64,000 nucleotides of DNA from an uncultured Gammaproteobacteria bacterium (GCA_964590345.1 CAZPVP010000001.1:131954-195953), one strand, 5' to 3'. Numbered from the stretch's first letter, positions 19,808-28,464 are shown. Notes: generated from the letters alone by a model not told the origin. A program made the numbers and translations.

Positions 19808-20482
19808 CTATTTCCTAAATAATTTAGCAAAAATTAAATCTCGGATAATTTTAAAACCGTTTAAAAATTTCTGGCCATATTGATTATAAATAATTTCCAC
19901 TGGTATTTCAGTATAATTTAAACCGTAAATTCTAACTAAATCCAAAATTTCAGTGGCATGAGCCATGCCATCCTGGCTTATTTTTGTTGCTTTAGCTGCT
20001 TTTTTGGAAAGGGCCCTAAAACCATTATGTGCGTCAGTTAACTTTACGCCCGTAAAAAACCAATTGAAAATAATGGCTGGTTTCAAAATAAAATATTTTT
20101 TAGTCCAGGGCATTTTTGATTTTTTATCTAAAAAACGGGAACCAAAAACAATATCTGCTTCTTTATTTACAATTGGCGCAATCATTCTATAAATATCTTT
20201 GGCTTGCATTTGTCCATCAGCGTCAAAATGAACAATAATTTTTGCGCCTTTTTTTAAGGCAAATTCCATGCCCGTTTGCAAAGCTGCTCCTTGTCCACGA
20301 TTAATCATGTGATTAATTAAATAAACTCCTAAAGGTTTAATAATATCTTTTGTCCGATCATTTGAAGCATCATTAATAACTACAATATTTCGGCTGTGCT
20401 CCTGCAGGCTTTTAATGACCCCGAAAATATTTTTGTGTTCGTTGTAAGCTGGAACAATTATCCAGACTTTGTTGTTTAGCAT
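19808..20482 (-). CDS. GT2 family glycosyltransferase (polyprenol-phosphate sugar transferase-like)
   Basis: IIVPAYNE...VINDASNDRT, DAD and GFR motifs typical of DPM1-like GT2 enzymes; 224 aa. Confidence 0.75.
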   Translation of the reverse strand: MLNNKVWIIVPAYNEHKNIFGVIKSLQEHSRNIVVINDASNDRTKDIIKPLGVYLINHMINRGQGAALQTGMEFALKKGAKIIVHFDADGQMQAKDIYRMIAPIVNKEADIVFGSRFLDKKSKMPWTKKYFILKPAIIFNWFFTGVKLTDAHNGFRALSKKAAKATKISQDGMAHATEILDLVRIYGLNYTEIPVEIIYNQYGQKFLNGFKIIRDLIFAKLFRK

Positions 20483-20548
20483 AATTTAGTTTTTAAAGTT
20501 AAAAGTCTAAAGTTGAAAGTTAATTTTACTTTATAACTTTATAACTTT

Positions 20549-21643
20549 CTACTTCATTTTTAAATACGCTTCAATAAACCCGTCCAAATATCCATCCAAA
20601 ACCCCCTCCACAGCAGCTGTTTCAAAATTTGTCCGATGATCTTTAACTAAGTGATATGGCTGCAAGACATAAGATCTAATCTGATTACCCCAGACGGCTT
20701 CGGAAAATTCACCGCGTAATTGTTTTTTTTCTTCTTCTTTCTCTATTTCTGCTAATTTCTGCAATTTTGATTTTAAAATTTTTAATGCCTGTTCTTTATT
20801 TTGCGCTTGAGAACGTTCACTTTGGCAAGACGCAATAATTCCTGTTGGCAAATGCGTGATACGAACAGCTGATTCTGTTTTATTAACGCTTTGTCCGCCA
20901 TGCCCAGATGCCCGAAAAGTATCAATTTTCAAATCTTCCGGTTTAACGTCAATTTCCAATGATTCTTCAATTTCAGGGATTACTTCAACTAAAGCAAAAG
21001 ATGTATGGCGCATGGCTTCAGCGTCAAAAGGCGAAATTCTCACTAAACGATGTACTCCATTTTCTGATTTTAAATTACCATAAGCATAATTTCCTCTCAC
21101 TTCAATAACTGCACTTTTTATACCGGCTTCAGAACCAAAGTTTTCATCTAAAATTTTAGTTTTAAATCCTTTTTTATCACAAAACCTCAAATACATGCGC
21201 AAAAGCATCTGTGCCCAATCTTGCGCATCAACGCCGCCTGTACCAGCATGAATAGCTAAAATCGCATTATTCTTATCATTTTTATCCCCAAATAACAAAT
21301 AAAATTCCAAATCTGAAAATCTTTTTGCTAATTCTTCATATCTTTTCTCAACTTCTTTTCTCAAATTAACTGCTTGATCTTTTTGATCCATTTTAGCTAA
21401 TTCTAAAAGATCATTAACTTCATCTCTTAAACTGCGCCAGGTTTCAATTTCATCTTTTAATTCATTGGCCTTTTGGCTAATTTTTTTAGCTTCTTGCTGA
21501 TCCTGCCAAAAATCCTTTTGGCTCATTAATTTTTCTAATTTTTTGCTTTCTTCTATTTTTTGGTCAATTTCAAGAAAGCCCCAAGATTCCTTAATTTTCC
21601 TAAATAATTCCTGCATTTTTTGCACTAATTCTTTCTCTTTCAT
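20549..21643 (-). CDS. prfB: Peptide chain release factor 2
   Basis: SPF tripeptide (RISPFDAEAMRH) and GGQ motif (GHGGQSVNKTESAVRITHLPTG). It is a full-length 364-aa single ORF, so there is no programmed +1 frameshift in this genome. Confidence 0.9.
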   Translation of the reverse strand: MKEKELVQKMQELFRKIKESWGFLEIDQKIEESKKLEKLMSQKDFWQDQQEAKKISQKANELKDEIETWRSLRDEVNDLLELAKMDQKDQAVNLRKEVEKRYEELAKRFSDLEFYLLFGDKNDKNNAILAIHAGTGGVDAQDWAQMLLRMYLRFCDKKGFKTKILDENFGSEAGIKSAVIEVRGNYAYGNLKSENGVHRLVRISPFDAEAMRHTSFALVEVIPEIEESLEIDVKPEDLKIDTFRASGHGGQSVNKTESAVRITHLPTGIIASCQSERSQAQNKEQALKILKSKLQKLAEIEKEEEKKQLRGEFSEAVWGNQIRSYVLQPYHLVKDHRTNFETAAVEGVLDGYLDGFIEAYLKMK

Positions 21644-21679
21644 AACTAGTTAAAAATATATAGTTAAAAAGTTATAAAG

Positions 21680-22024
21680 TTATAAGGTTTTTATAAAACC
21701 AGAAAGCATTTTTGATATTTCAATTAACTTTTTATAAGCTTGCTCAAACTCTTGTCTTGAAATATATTTTAATTCTAATGCTAAATATAGCATAGACCGC
21801 ACTTCTGCGCATGATCCCTTAGCTATGTATAAAAATCTTGTAAATTCTTTATTGGTTCGTCTTTCAAAGCCTTCGACAATATTATTCATAACCGAAATTG
21901 CTGCTCTCTGTATTTGTCTTTTAAAATTATGATCCAAACATTTCTTAAACTGACTATAAATATCTAAGGTTAATTCCTTGCTTTTTTGCCAGGCAATTAT
22001 CTCCTCAAATTTTTCAATTTTCAT
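21680..22024 (-). CDS. Four-helix-bundle protein (TIGR02436-like, a family often encoded within 23S rRNA intervening sequences)
   Basis: 114 aa. IIAWQKSKELTLDIY...QIQRAAISVMNNIVEGFERRTNKEF..AKGSCAEVRSMLYLA matches the four-helix-bundle family signature. It is flanked by inverted AACTTTATAACTT-type repeats. Confidence 0.7.
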   Translation of the reverse strand: MKIEKFEEIIAWQKSKELTLDIYSQFKKCLDHNFKRQIQRAAISVMNNIVEGFERRTNKEFTRFLYIAKGSCAEVRSMLYLALELKYISRQEFEQAYKKLIEISKMLSGFIKTL

Positions 22025-22225
22025 ACTGTTTAACTTTATACTTTATGAACTTTATAACTTTCAACTTATCTTAATTTTAGCAAAAAAAATCACACTTGAA
22101 AAGCCCCTTTCACTTTAAACCTTTACAAACTTTTAAACTTTTTAAACTTTCAAACTACAAAAAAACAGCGCATCATTTTGACACGCTGTTTACTTTATAC
22201 TTTAAGAACTTTATAACTTTTAACT
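22024..22225. repeat. Two ~42-bp direct repeats (22024-22066 and 22185-22225) containing the AACTTTATAACTTT motif. They bracket a ~118-bp AT-rich segment between the four-helix-bundle gene and htrA.
   Basis: Copy A is actgtttaactttatactttatgaactttataactttcaact. Copy B is gctgtttactttatactttaagaactttataacttttaact. Related AACTTTATAACTTT copies also occur at ~20520-20548 in direct orientation and ~21668-21686 in inverted orientation. Confidence 0.7.
22158..22190 (-). terminator. Rho-independent terminator candidate downstream of htrA
   Basis: Plus strand reads aaaaaaACAGCGcatcattttgacaCGCTGTtt. On the minus strand this gives the stem ACAGCG/CGCTGT, a 13-nt loop, and then TTTTTTTG. Confidence 0.45.
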
Positions 22226-22232
22226 AAATAAA

Positions 22233-23504
22233 CTAATTCTCAATTTCCCTTTCTACCAAAGTCGCTTTAACTGTTTTTTCTTCACCATCATGCAAAATTT
22301 TCAGTTCAACTTCATCACCTGGCTGAAAACGAGCCAAAACCCGGCCCAAAGAATGATTTGGATTAATTCTTTGACCATTAACTTCCAAAATAATATCATT
22401 TTCTTCCAAACCTGCCTTATCAGCTGGTGATCCAGGCACAACAGCCAAAGTGCCGTCTGAACCTTTAATAATTAAAGCACCGTAATTAACTGGTAAATTA
22501 TTAATTTTTGCCAACTGTTTGTTAAGCATAATATAACGCACGCCTAAAAACGGCCTGACAATTTTGCCGTATTTTTCTATACTTTCAATTACCTGCTTAG
22601 CTTCGTTAATTGGGATAGCAAAACCAACCGATTGTCCTGCTCTGGAAATAGCCGTATTAATACCAATTACCTCGCCTTTTAAATTTAATAAAGGGCCCCC
22701 TGAATTACCAGGGTTAATTGCTGCATCAGTCTGAATCGCTTCTTCCAAAACTTCGCTAATACCAGCCCCGCCTGCTTCAACTCTTCGGCCAACACCGCTA
22801 ATCACGCCTCTAGTAACTGTATTTTGGAATTCAGACAAAGTATTGCCAATAGCAATTACTGTCTGTCCGATTTGAATATTGTCTGAATCGCCTAAAACTA
22901 AAGGCGTCAACTTATTTGCCTCAATTTTTAATACTGCCAAATCATTAATTGGATCTTTAGCCAAAACTTCAGCATCATATTTTTGGCCGTCATTGGTCAC
23001 AACAGTATATTCTGCATTTTCGTCCATAACAACATGCTTATTAGTTAAAATCAAACCGTCTTTAGAAACAATAAATCCTGTCCCGCCGCCAATTTCTGTT
23101 TTTTCACCACTTTTTTCTTTTGGTAGGCTGGGCTGATTAAATCTATGTTCAAAAGGCCAGCCAAATTCAAAAAATTTATTAAATAAATCTGGCCCTGTTG
23201 AACTATAAACATCTTGAATTTCCTTAGTAATTACAATACTAACCACACTAGGCGTAGTCTTTTTTACTACATCAATAGTAGCTGATTCTTCTTCTGCTAA
23301 GGTTATTTTTTCTGTCTCAACTTTTTCTAATTTCAAACCGTTTTCATCTTTAATAATAAAGCCAAAGTTATCAAGGTTTTGCCAAATCAAAACACTAGAA
23401 CAAACACCTGCTAAGCCACCGAAAATTAAGCTTAAAACAATAATTAAAACCAAAAATTTTTGTGAAAATTGTTTTTCTTTATTTTTAGGCTCTTTAAAAA
23501 ACAT
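22233..23504 (-). CDS. htrA: HtrA/DegP-family periplasmic serine protease with a PDZ domain
   Basis: N-terminal TM anchor. Trypsin-like catalytic motifs TNKHVV (His), D and GNSGGPLLN (Ser). C-terminal PDZ domain. 423 aa. Confidence 0.85.
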   Translation of the reverse strand: MFFKEPKNKEKQFSQKFLVLIIVLSLIFGGLAGVCSSVLIWQNLDNFGFIIKDENGLKLEKVETEKITLAEEESATIDVVKKTTPSVVSIVITKEIQDVYSSTGPDLFNKFFEFGWPFEHRFNQPSLPKEKSGEKTEIGGGTGFIVSKDGLILTNKHVVMDENAEYTVVTNDGQKYDAEVLAKDPINDLAVLKIEANKLTPLVLGDSDNIQIGQTVIAIGNTLSEFQNTVTRGVISGVGRRVEAGGAGISEVLEEAIQTDAAINPGNSGGPLLNLKGEVIGINTAISRAGQSVGFAIPINEAKQVIESIEKYGKIVRPFLGVRYIMLNKQLAKINNLPVNYGALIIKGSDGTLAVVPGSPADKAGLEENDIILEVNGQRINPNHSLGRVLARFQPGDEVELKILHDGEEKTVKATLVEREIEN

Positions 23505-23576
23505 ATAACATCCCCTTAACTAAAGACAGGAAAAAATAATTTCTTCCCGTCTTTTTTAAAAAAATATTTATAAATT

Positions 23577-23909
23577 TTAAACACTGGGCTCTTCTTTTTT
23601 TTCTTCTTCAGCTGATTCTTTTTCTGTTGGCATCTCTCCAGCAGAAGCTTCGCCAAAAGTCGTTTCTTTAGGAGCCTCTTCTTCAATAGAAGATTCTTCA
23701 GTGGTTTCTTCGCTAGCAGAACTCTCTCCGACAGCAGTTTCTGTCGCACTAGAAGCTTCTTCTGTTTCAGATTCAGCAGCAGTTGCTGCTTCAGCACACT
23801 TATTACAGATTTCAGGATCTTGTTCAGAAGGCTTAATACCCATTAATTTGCCAATTGTTTTATACAAAAATCCTTCCAATGGTGCCCCGCATTTTTTACA
23901 TTTTTTCAT
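23577..23909 (-). CDS. Small zinc-ribbon protein with an acidic Ser/Glu/Thr-rich tail (110 aa)
   Basis: CKKCG...CNKC forms two Cys pairs at the N-terminus, followed by a low-complexity acidic tail. This frame is preferred over the overlapping 23516..23797 frame, which is K-rich low-complexity. Confidence 0.5.
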   Translation of the reverse strand: MKKCKKCGAPLEGFLYKTIGKLMGIKPSEQDPEICNKCAEAATAAESETEEASSATETAVGESSASEETTEESSIEEEAPKETTFGEASAGEMPTEKESAEEEKKEEPSV

Positions 23910-23964
23910 ATAAATTTTCCTTAAATAACTAAAATCTAAAAGATTTTAGCTAAATTAGTAATCA

Positions 23965-24270
23965 TTAATTAAAATGATAAAGATAGCTATAAAAATTAGC
24001 TATTTTCCCCCTTTTTATGCTTATACCCTCATTTTGCAACAATTTAATTTTTTTTGCAAGTCCTAAGCAATAATTTCCTGCTTTTTTATCATTTCTGACT
24101 ACCCGATGACAAGGTATTTCAACCAATATAGGATTCTTATTCAAAGCATTTCCAACTGCCCGGGCAAGTTTTTTATTGCCCAACTTTAGCGCCAAAATAT
24201 GATAAGTTGTAATTTTCCCTTTGGGAATTTGTCTAACTAAATCCAGTACTTTTTGCTCAAAATCAGTCAT
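23965..24270 (-). CDS. Methylated-DNA-protein-cysteine methyltransferase DNA-binding/active-site domain only (101 aa)
   Basis: PCHRVV active-site motif (IPCHRVVRNDKKAGNY) and an upstream helix-turn-helix (IPKGKITTYHILALKLG). The N-terminal Ogt domain is absent. Confidence 0.7.
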   Translation of the reverse strand: MTDFEQKVLDLVRQIPKGKITTYHILALKLGNKKLARAVGNALNKNPILVEIPCHRVVRNDKKAGNYCLGLAKKIKLLQNEGISIKRGKIANFYSYLYHFN

Positions 24271-24271
24271 T

Positions 24272-24526
24272 TTAAATGCCTCTAAATTGATTGATTAAAT
24301 CCAATAGTGGTTTATAAATTTCAATAAATTCTCTAAAAAGCGGAATTAAATATAAAACAGCCAAAATTACAGGAATTGCTACAATTAAAAACCGAATTAA
24401 ATTCATTAACCGTGCTTTTTTTAAATCTTTATTCAAACTCTCAACTTTATCAAGCAACAAATCCGTTTTTTTTAAATTTTGTTTTATTAATTTTTCTAAA
24501 TTTTGTTTGTTTTTTGATTCTGCCAT
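24272..24526 (-). CDS. Hypothetical small membrane protein (84 aa)
   Basis: It fits exactly between nrdG and the ogt-like gene with 1-3 nt gaps. It has a C-terminal TM helix (LIRFLIVAIPVILAVLYLIPLF). Confidence 0.5.
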   Translation of the reverse strand: MAESKNKQNLEKLIKQNLKKTDLLLDKVESLNKDLKKARLMNLIRFLIVAIPVILAVLYLIPLFREFIEIYKPLLDLINQFRGI

Positions 24527-24529
24527 ATT

Positions 24530-25225
24530 CTATCCTCTTATTTGGCAATTTTTAACATATTTTAAGGCTAACTTTTTCATTTCTGCCAATTCTTCTTCTT
24601 TAAAGCTTTTCTCTCTCTCAAAACTAATATCAAGAGTTTTATTATTACTGAAACCCTGCAAATAATATTTATCAGCTCCTTTTATCATTTTAGCAATCTT
24701 TTCTATCTCTGACAAATCATGAAATTTGGGCAAAACAGTCGTTCTAAATTCATAATCTAAACCAGAATCCATTATTAATTTTATGCTTTGTTTAATTTTA
24801 TTATTATTAATCTTCACATTTGTAACCTTATCATATTGCTCTAAAGAAGCTTTAACATCCATAGCAATATAATCAATTAACCCCTGTTTTATTAATTTTT
24901 CTAAAAGATCCGGTTTGCTGCCATTCGTATCTAATTTAATTAAATAACCTAATTTCTTAATTTTTTCTAAAAAGCTAACTAAATCTTTACTCATTAAAGG
25001 TTCGCCGCCACCGACACAAACCCCCTCTAAAAGACCTTTTCTTTTTTTTAAATAAGAAAAAAATTCTTTTTCTGGAATATATTTTTTATCTGACGCTGTT
25101 TCAATTAAATCTGGATTATGACAATAAGGGCAACGAAAATTACAGATAGCTAAAAAAACAGAGGTTGCCACCAGCCCTGGATAATCAATTAAAGTAACTT
25201 TTTGTAAACCACCGATTTTTACCAT
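24530..25225 (-). CDS. nrdG: Anaerobic ribonucleoside-triphosphate reductase activating protein (radical SAM)
   Basis: CNFRCPYCHNP is the CxxxCxxC radical-SAM cluster motif. It lies downstream of nrdD. 231 aa. Confidence 0.85.
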   Translation of the reverse strand: MVKIGGLQKVTLIDYPGLVATSVFLAICNFRCPYCHNPDLIETASDKKYIPEKEFFSYLKKRKGLLEGVCVGGGEPLMSKDLVSFLEKIKKLGYLIKLDTNGSKPDLLEKLIKQGLIDYIAMDVKASLEQYDKVTNVKINNNKIKQSIKLIMDSGLDYEFRTTVLPKFHDLSEIEKIAKMIKGADKYYLQGFSNNKTLDISFEREKSFKEEELAEMKKLALKYVKNCQIRG

Positions 25226-25242
25226 AATAAAATTATTTTATA

Positions 25243-25269
25243 ATAAAAAACCAACCTCGGCAAGAGGTT
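25243..25269 (-). terminator. Hairpin plus T-run between nrdD(+small ORF) and nrdG (terminator or attenuator-like)
   Basis: Plus strand reads aaaaaaCCAACCTCggcaaGAGGTTGGatttt. It is a perfect 8-bp stem with a 5-nt loop. On the minus strand it is followed by TTTTTTATTAT. It sits ~20 nt upstream of the nrdG ATG. Confidence 0.4.
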
Positions 25270-25312
25270 GGATTTTGTTTAAAGAACTGTTTTCCTCCTA
25301 ATTAAAGAACAC

Positions 25313-25453
25313 TTCATTCGGATAGCTGTTTATTAAATTCCCTCCGATCAACAAATTCTGCTCGTTTTCCTTTGTTCCACTGGTTAACCGGTCTAATATA
25401 GCCAACTATCCGAGAATACACCTCGCAAGGCGTACGTTGCATTTTTGTGTTCA
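25313..25453 (-). CDS. Stand-alone NrdD C-terminal glycyl-radical peptide (46 aa), hand-called
   Basis: Not in the ORF track because it is shorter than 60 aa. GGGGAGGAG is 1 nt upstream of its ATG. Translation: MNTKMQRTPCEVYSRIVGYIRPVNQWNKGKRAEFVDRREFNKQLSE. SRIVGY matches the NrdD glycyl-radical pattern R[VI]xGY and WNKGK..EF.DR matches the NrdD C-terminus. The main nrdD ORF ends right after its Zn-ribbon without this motif. Coordinates are approximate (+/-2 nt). Confidence 0.5.
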
Positions 25454-25515
25454 TACTCCTCCCCATTTAGCTATCTATTTGTAAAAAAATAGATAGTCTT
25501 ATATAAATATTTTTA

Positions 25516-27564
25516 TTAACTTAATTTTTCCTGTTTTGCCTGGCCTTTTTCAATATAACCTATTTCCGCATCGCATTTAGGACAGAAAAAATGTTCTCCC
25601 GGGATATAACCATGAACAGGACAGACAGAAAAAGTCGGAGTAATGGTAAAATACGGCAAATGATAATTTTCAGCAATTTTTTTAACTAATTTTTTAGTTG
25701 CAGAAACAGAAGGCATTTTTTCTCCAATAAAGCCGTGAAGGACCGTACCCCCAGTATACCTTGTTTGCAGGTCATCTTGCAAATCCAATGCCTCAAAAAT
25801 ATCTTCAGTATAATTAACTGGTAATTGCGAAGAATTTGTATAATAAGGATCAGCACCTTCTTCCCTATAAGCTTTTTCATTAGCGCAAATAATATCCGAA
25901 TATTTTTGTTTGTCAGCTTTAGCAAACCGATAAGCAGTGCCTTCAGCTGGTGTAGCTTCTAAATTATATAAATTATTAGTTTCATTTTGATAATCCATTA
26001 ATTTTTCTCTCATAAAATCCAGAACCTCTACAGCAAATTTATGCCCCTTTGATTTTGTAATATCTTCGCCAAGTAAATTCAAGGCTGCTTCATTCATGCC
26101 ATTAATACCAATGGTATTAAAATGATTTTTCCAATATTCGCCGAATTTACTTTTTATATCTTCCAAATAATAACGGGAATAAGGATATAAACCTTCTTCA
26201 GTAAATTTCTCAATTACTTTACGTTTTAGATCTAAACTATTTTTGGCAATCTGCATTATTTTTTCTAATTTGGCAAGAAATTCATTTTTATCTTTGGCTA
26301 AATAACCTAAACGCGGCAAATTAATTGTCACCACACCAATTGAACCAGTCAAAGGATTAGCAGCAAAAAGCCCTCCGCCTCTTTTTCTTAATTCACGATT
26401 ATCCAACCTCAAACGGCAACACATACTTCTGGCATCTTCTGGTTTCATGTCAGAATTAACAAAATTTGAAAAATAAGGAATACCGTATTTAGCTGTCATA
26501 GCCATAATTTCATCAGCTACTTCATTCTGCCAATTAAATTCTTTAGTGATATTATAAGTTGGAATCGGAAAGGTGAAAACTCTACCGTTAGCATCGCCTT
26601 CAGTCATTACTTCAGTAAAGGCTAAATTAAGCATATCCATTTCTTTTTGAAAATCTTTATAAGTTTTTTCCTGAAATTTGCCGCCAATAATTACTGGTTC
26701 CTCTTTCATCACATCAGGAACGACCAAATCCATAGTAACATTGGTAAAGGGGGTTTGAAAGCCCACCCTGGTCGGGACATTCATATTAAAAAGAAATTCC
26801 TGAATACCTTGTTTAACATCATTATATTTCAAATTATCATAAGCAATAAAAGGAGCTAAATAAGAATCAAAACTAGAAAAAGCTTGAGCCCCGGCTGTTT
26901 CGCCCTGCAAAGTATAAAAAAAATTAACTATTTGACCCAAGACAGTGCGAAAATGTTTTGCTGGCTTAGAATTAACTTTGCCTGGCACCCCACCAAAACC
27001 CTTAATTAATAAATCCCGTAAATCCCAACCACAACAATAAGCTGACAATGTCTGCAAATCATGAATATGTAAATCTGCATTAGCATGGGCTTCTCTAATC
27101 TCCGTTGGATAAACTTTATTTAACCAATAATGAGCTGAAACAGAGGAAGCAACATGATTATTCAAACCTTGCAAAGAATAAGCCATATTAGAATTTTCTT
27201 TAACACGCCAATCACTTTGCACCAAATAACCCTCCATCAAAGCATCGGAATCAATCAAAGTTTTAAAATCTCTGATTCTGGCGTGTTGATCACGATATAA
27301 AATATATGCTTTGGCTGTCTGTATCTGCTTATTCTTAATTAAAGTTGCTTCAACAATATCTTGAATTTCTTCAACTGCTGGAATGCTTCTTTCATGAAAC
27401 CTCTTGTTTAATTCTTTTTCTACCTGCAAAGCTATTTTTTGAGCCCGTTTTTGATTCGGGTCACCAATAGCTTCCATCGCCTTGTAAATTGCGTTTTCAA
27501 TCTTAACTATATCATAATCAACAATTCTATCATCACGCTTTTTGATTTTATTAATTTTACCCAT
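25516..27564 (-). CDS. nrdD: Anaerobic (class III) ribonucleoside-triphosphate reductase, main ORF lacking the canonical glycyl-radical tail
   Basis: N-terminal ATP-cone (KIKKRDDRIVDYDIVKIENAIYKAM). Large class III RNR core. C-terminal zinc ribbon (CPVHGY...FFCPKC). 682 aa. The ORF stops as ...CDAEIGYIEKGQAKQEKLS. Confidence 0.85.
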   Translation of the reverse strand: MGKINKIKKRDDRIVDYDIVKIENAIYKAMEAIGDPNQKRAQKIALQVEKELNKRFHERSIPAVEEIQDIVEATLIKNKQIQTAKAYILYRDQHARIRDFKTLIDSDALMEGYLVQSDWRVKENSNMAYSLQGLNNHVASSVSAHYWLNKVYPTEIREAHANADLHIHDLQTLSAYCCGWDLRDLLIKGFGGVPGKVNSKPAKHFRTVLGQIVNFFYTLQGETAGAQAFSSFDSYLAPFIAYDNLKYNDVKQGIQEFLFNMNVPTRVGFQTPFTNVTMDLVVPDVMKEEPVIIGGKFQEKTYKDFQKEMDMLNLAFTEVMTEGDANGRVFTFPIPTYNITKEFNWQNEVADEIMAMTAKYGIPYFSNFVNSDMKPEDARSMCCRLRLDNRELRKRGGGLFAANPLTGSIGVVTINLPRLGYLAKDKNEFLAKLEKIMQIAKNSLDLKRKVIEKFTEEGLYPYSRYYLEDIKSKFGEYWKNHFNTIGINGMNEAALNLLGEDITKSKGHKFAVEVLDFMREKLMDYQNETNNLYNLEATPAEGTAYRFAKADKQKYSDIICANEKAYREEGADPYYTNSSQLPVNYTEDIFEALDLQDDLQTRYTGGTVLHGFIGEKMPSVSATKKLVKKIAENYHLPYFTITPTFSVCPVHGYIPGEHFFCPKCDAEIGYIEKGQAKQEKLS

Positions 27565-27673
27565 GATATATTAATGATGATTTAAACACCAATTTATTTT
27601 CACGAATCGCACTAATTTTTAAAATTTCAACTATTAATGTAATTAGTAATTATAGATTCGTGATTCTGTCTGC

Positions 27674-28138
27674 TTATTTTTTCCTCTTTTTTTTAAAAAC
27701 AGTATTTATTTCTTTTTGAAAAGTTTCCAAATCTTCAAAAGCCCGGTAAACGGAAGCAAAACGGATATAAGCCACCGGATCTTTTTTCTTTAATTCTTTA
27801 ATAATAATTTCACCGATTTCCTGGCTCGTCATTTCAGATTTTTTCTTGGCCTGGATATTTCTTTCAATTTTATTAATTAAAATCCTAAAAGCCTCATCAC
27901 TAATTGACCGTTTTTCAAAGGCTTTTCTTAGTCCTTGCTCTAATTTATCCCTTGAATAACTTTCTTTTCTACCGTCTCTTTTTATCACCGACAGTTCCAG
28001 CAATTCAACCTGCTCATAGGTGCTGAACCTAAAGCCGCACTTTAAACATTCCCGTCTCCTTCTAATTGTAATTTCGTCAGAAGCAACACGAGAGTCAAGA
28101 ACTTTGGTTTCTTTATAATTACAGACTGGACATTTCAT
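27674..28138 (-). CDS. nrdR: Transcriptional repressor NrdR
   Basis: MKCPVCNYKETKVLDSR...ECLKCGFRFSTYE zinc ribbon plus ATP-cone. 154 aa. It is adjacent to nrdDG. Confidence 0.9.
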   Translation of the reverse strand: MKCPVCNYKETKVLDSRVASDEITIRRRRECLKCGFRFSTYEQVELLELSVIKRDGRKESYSRDKLEQGLRKAFEKRSISDEAFRILINKIERNIQAKKKSEMTSQEIGEIIIKELKKKDPVAYIRFASVYRAFEDLETFQKEINTVFKKKRKK

Positions 28139-28464
28139 ACATTTTCAAAAAGCAAAAACAACCTTGCAAAACAAGCCTATTTTGCTTAATTTTAATAATA
28201 CTATATTTAGTATCCTCTATTTATATTTTAATACTATATCTTGGGGCTGTCAAATTTATGTCAAGAGTCCATTAAAATAAAATTTGAAACTTTATAAAAA
28301 TTTTAATTTAAAGCTAAAATAAAGGTTTCTCTCGGCGTCGTAAAAATATTTCCTATAATTATAAGATTAAAAATGTGGAAAACTTTTTAAATTTTTATAA
28401 AAAAATCCCAGACTTTAAACCTGGAATCTTAAATTAGTATATAATTCGTGCTAATTAGTGTTTC

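Noticed and set aside
20549-21643. Looked for the programmed +1 frameshift site (CUU UGA C) typical of prfB
   Set aside because: The RF2 ORF is continuous from Met to stop and is of full length, 364 aa, so there is no frameshift. It is reported as a normal CDS.
23516-23797. 93-aa K/L-rich ORF overlapping the zinc-ribbon ORF in another frame
   Set aside because: It is pure low-complexity (KKxLL repeats) produced by the GAA/GAG-rich acidic tail of 23577..23909 read in another frame. It has no start context.
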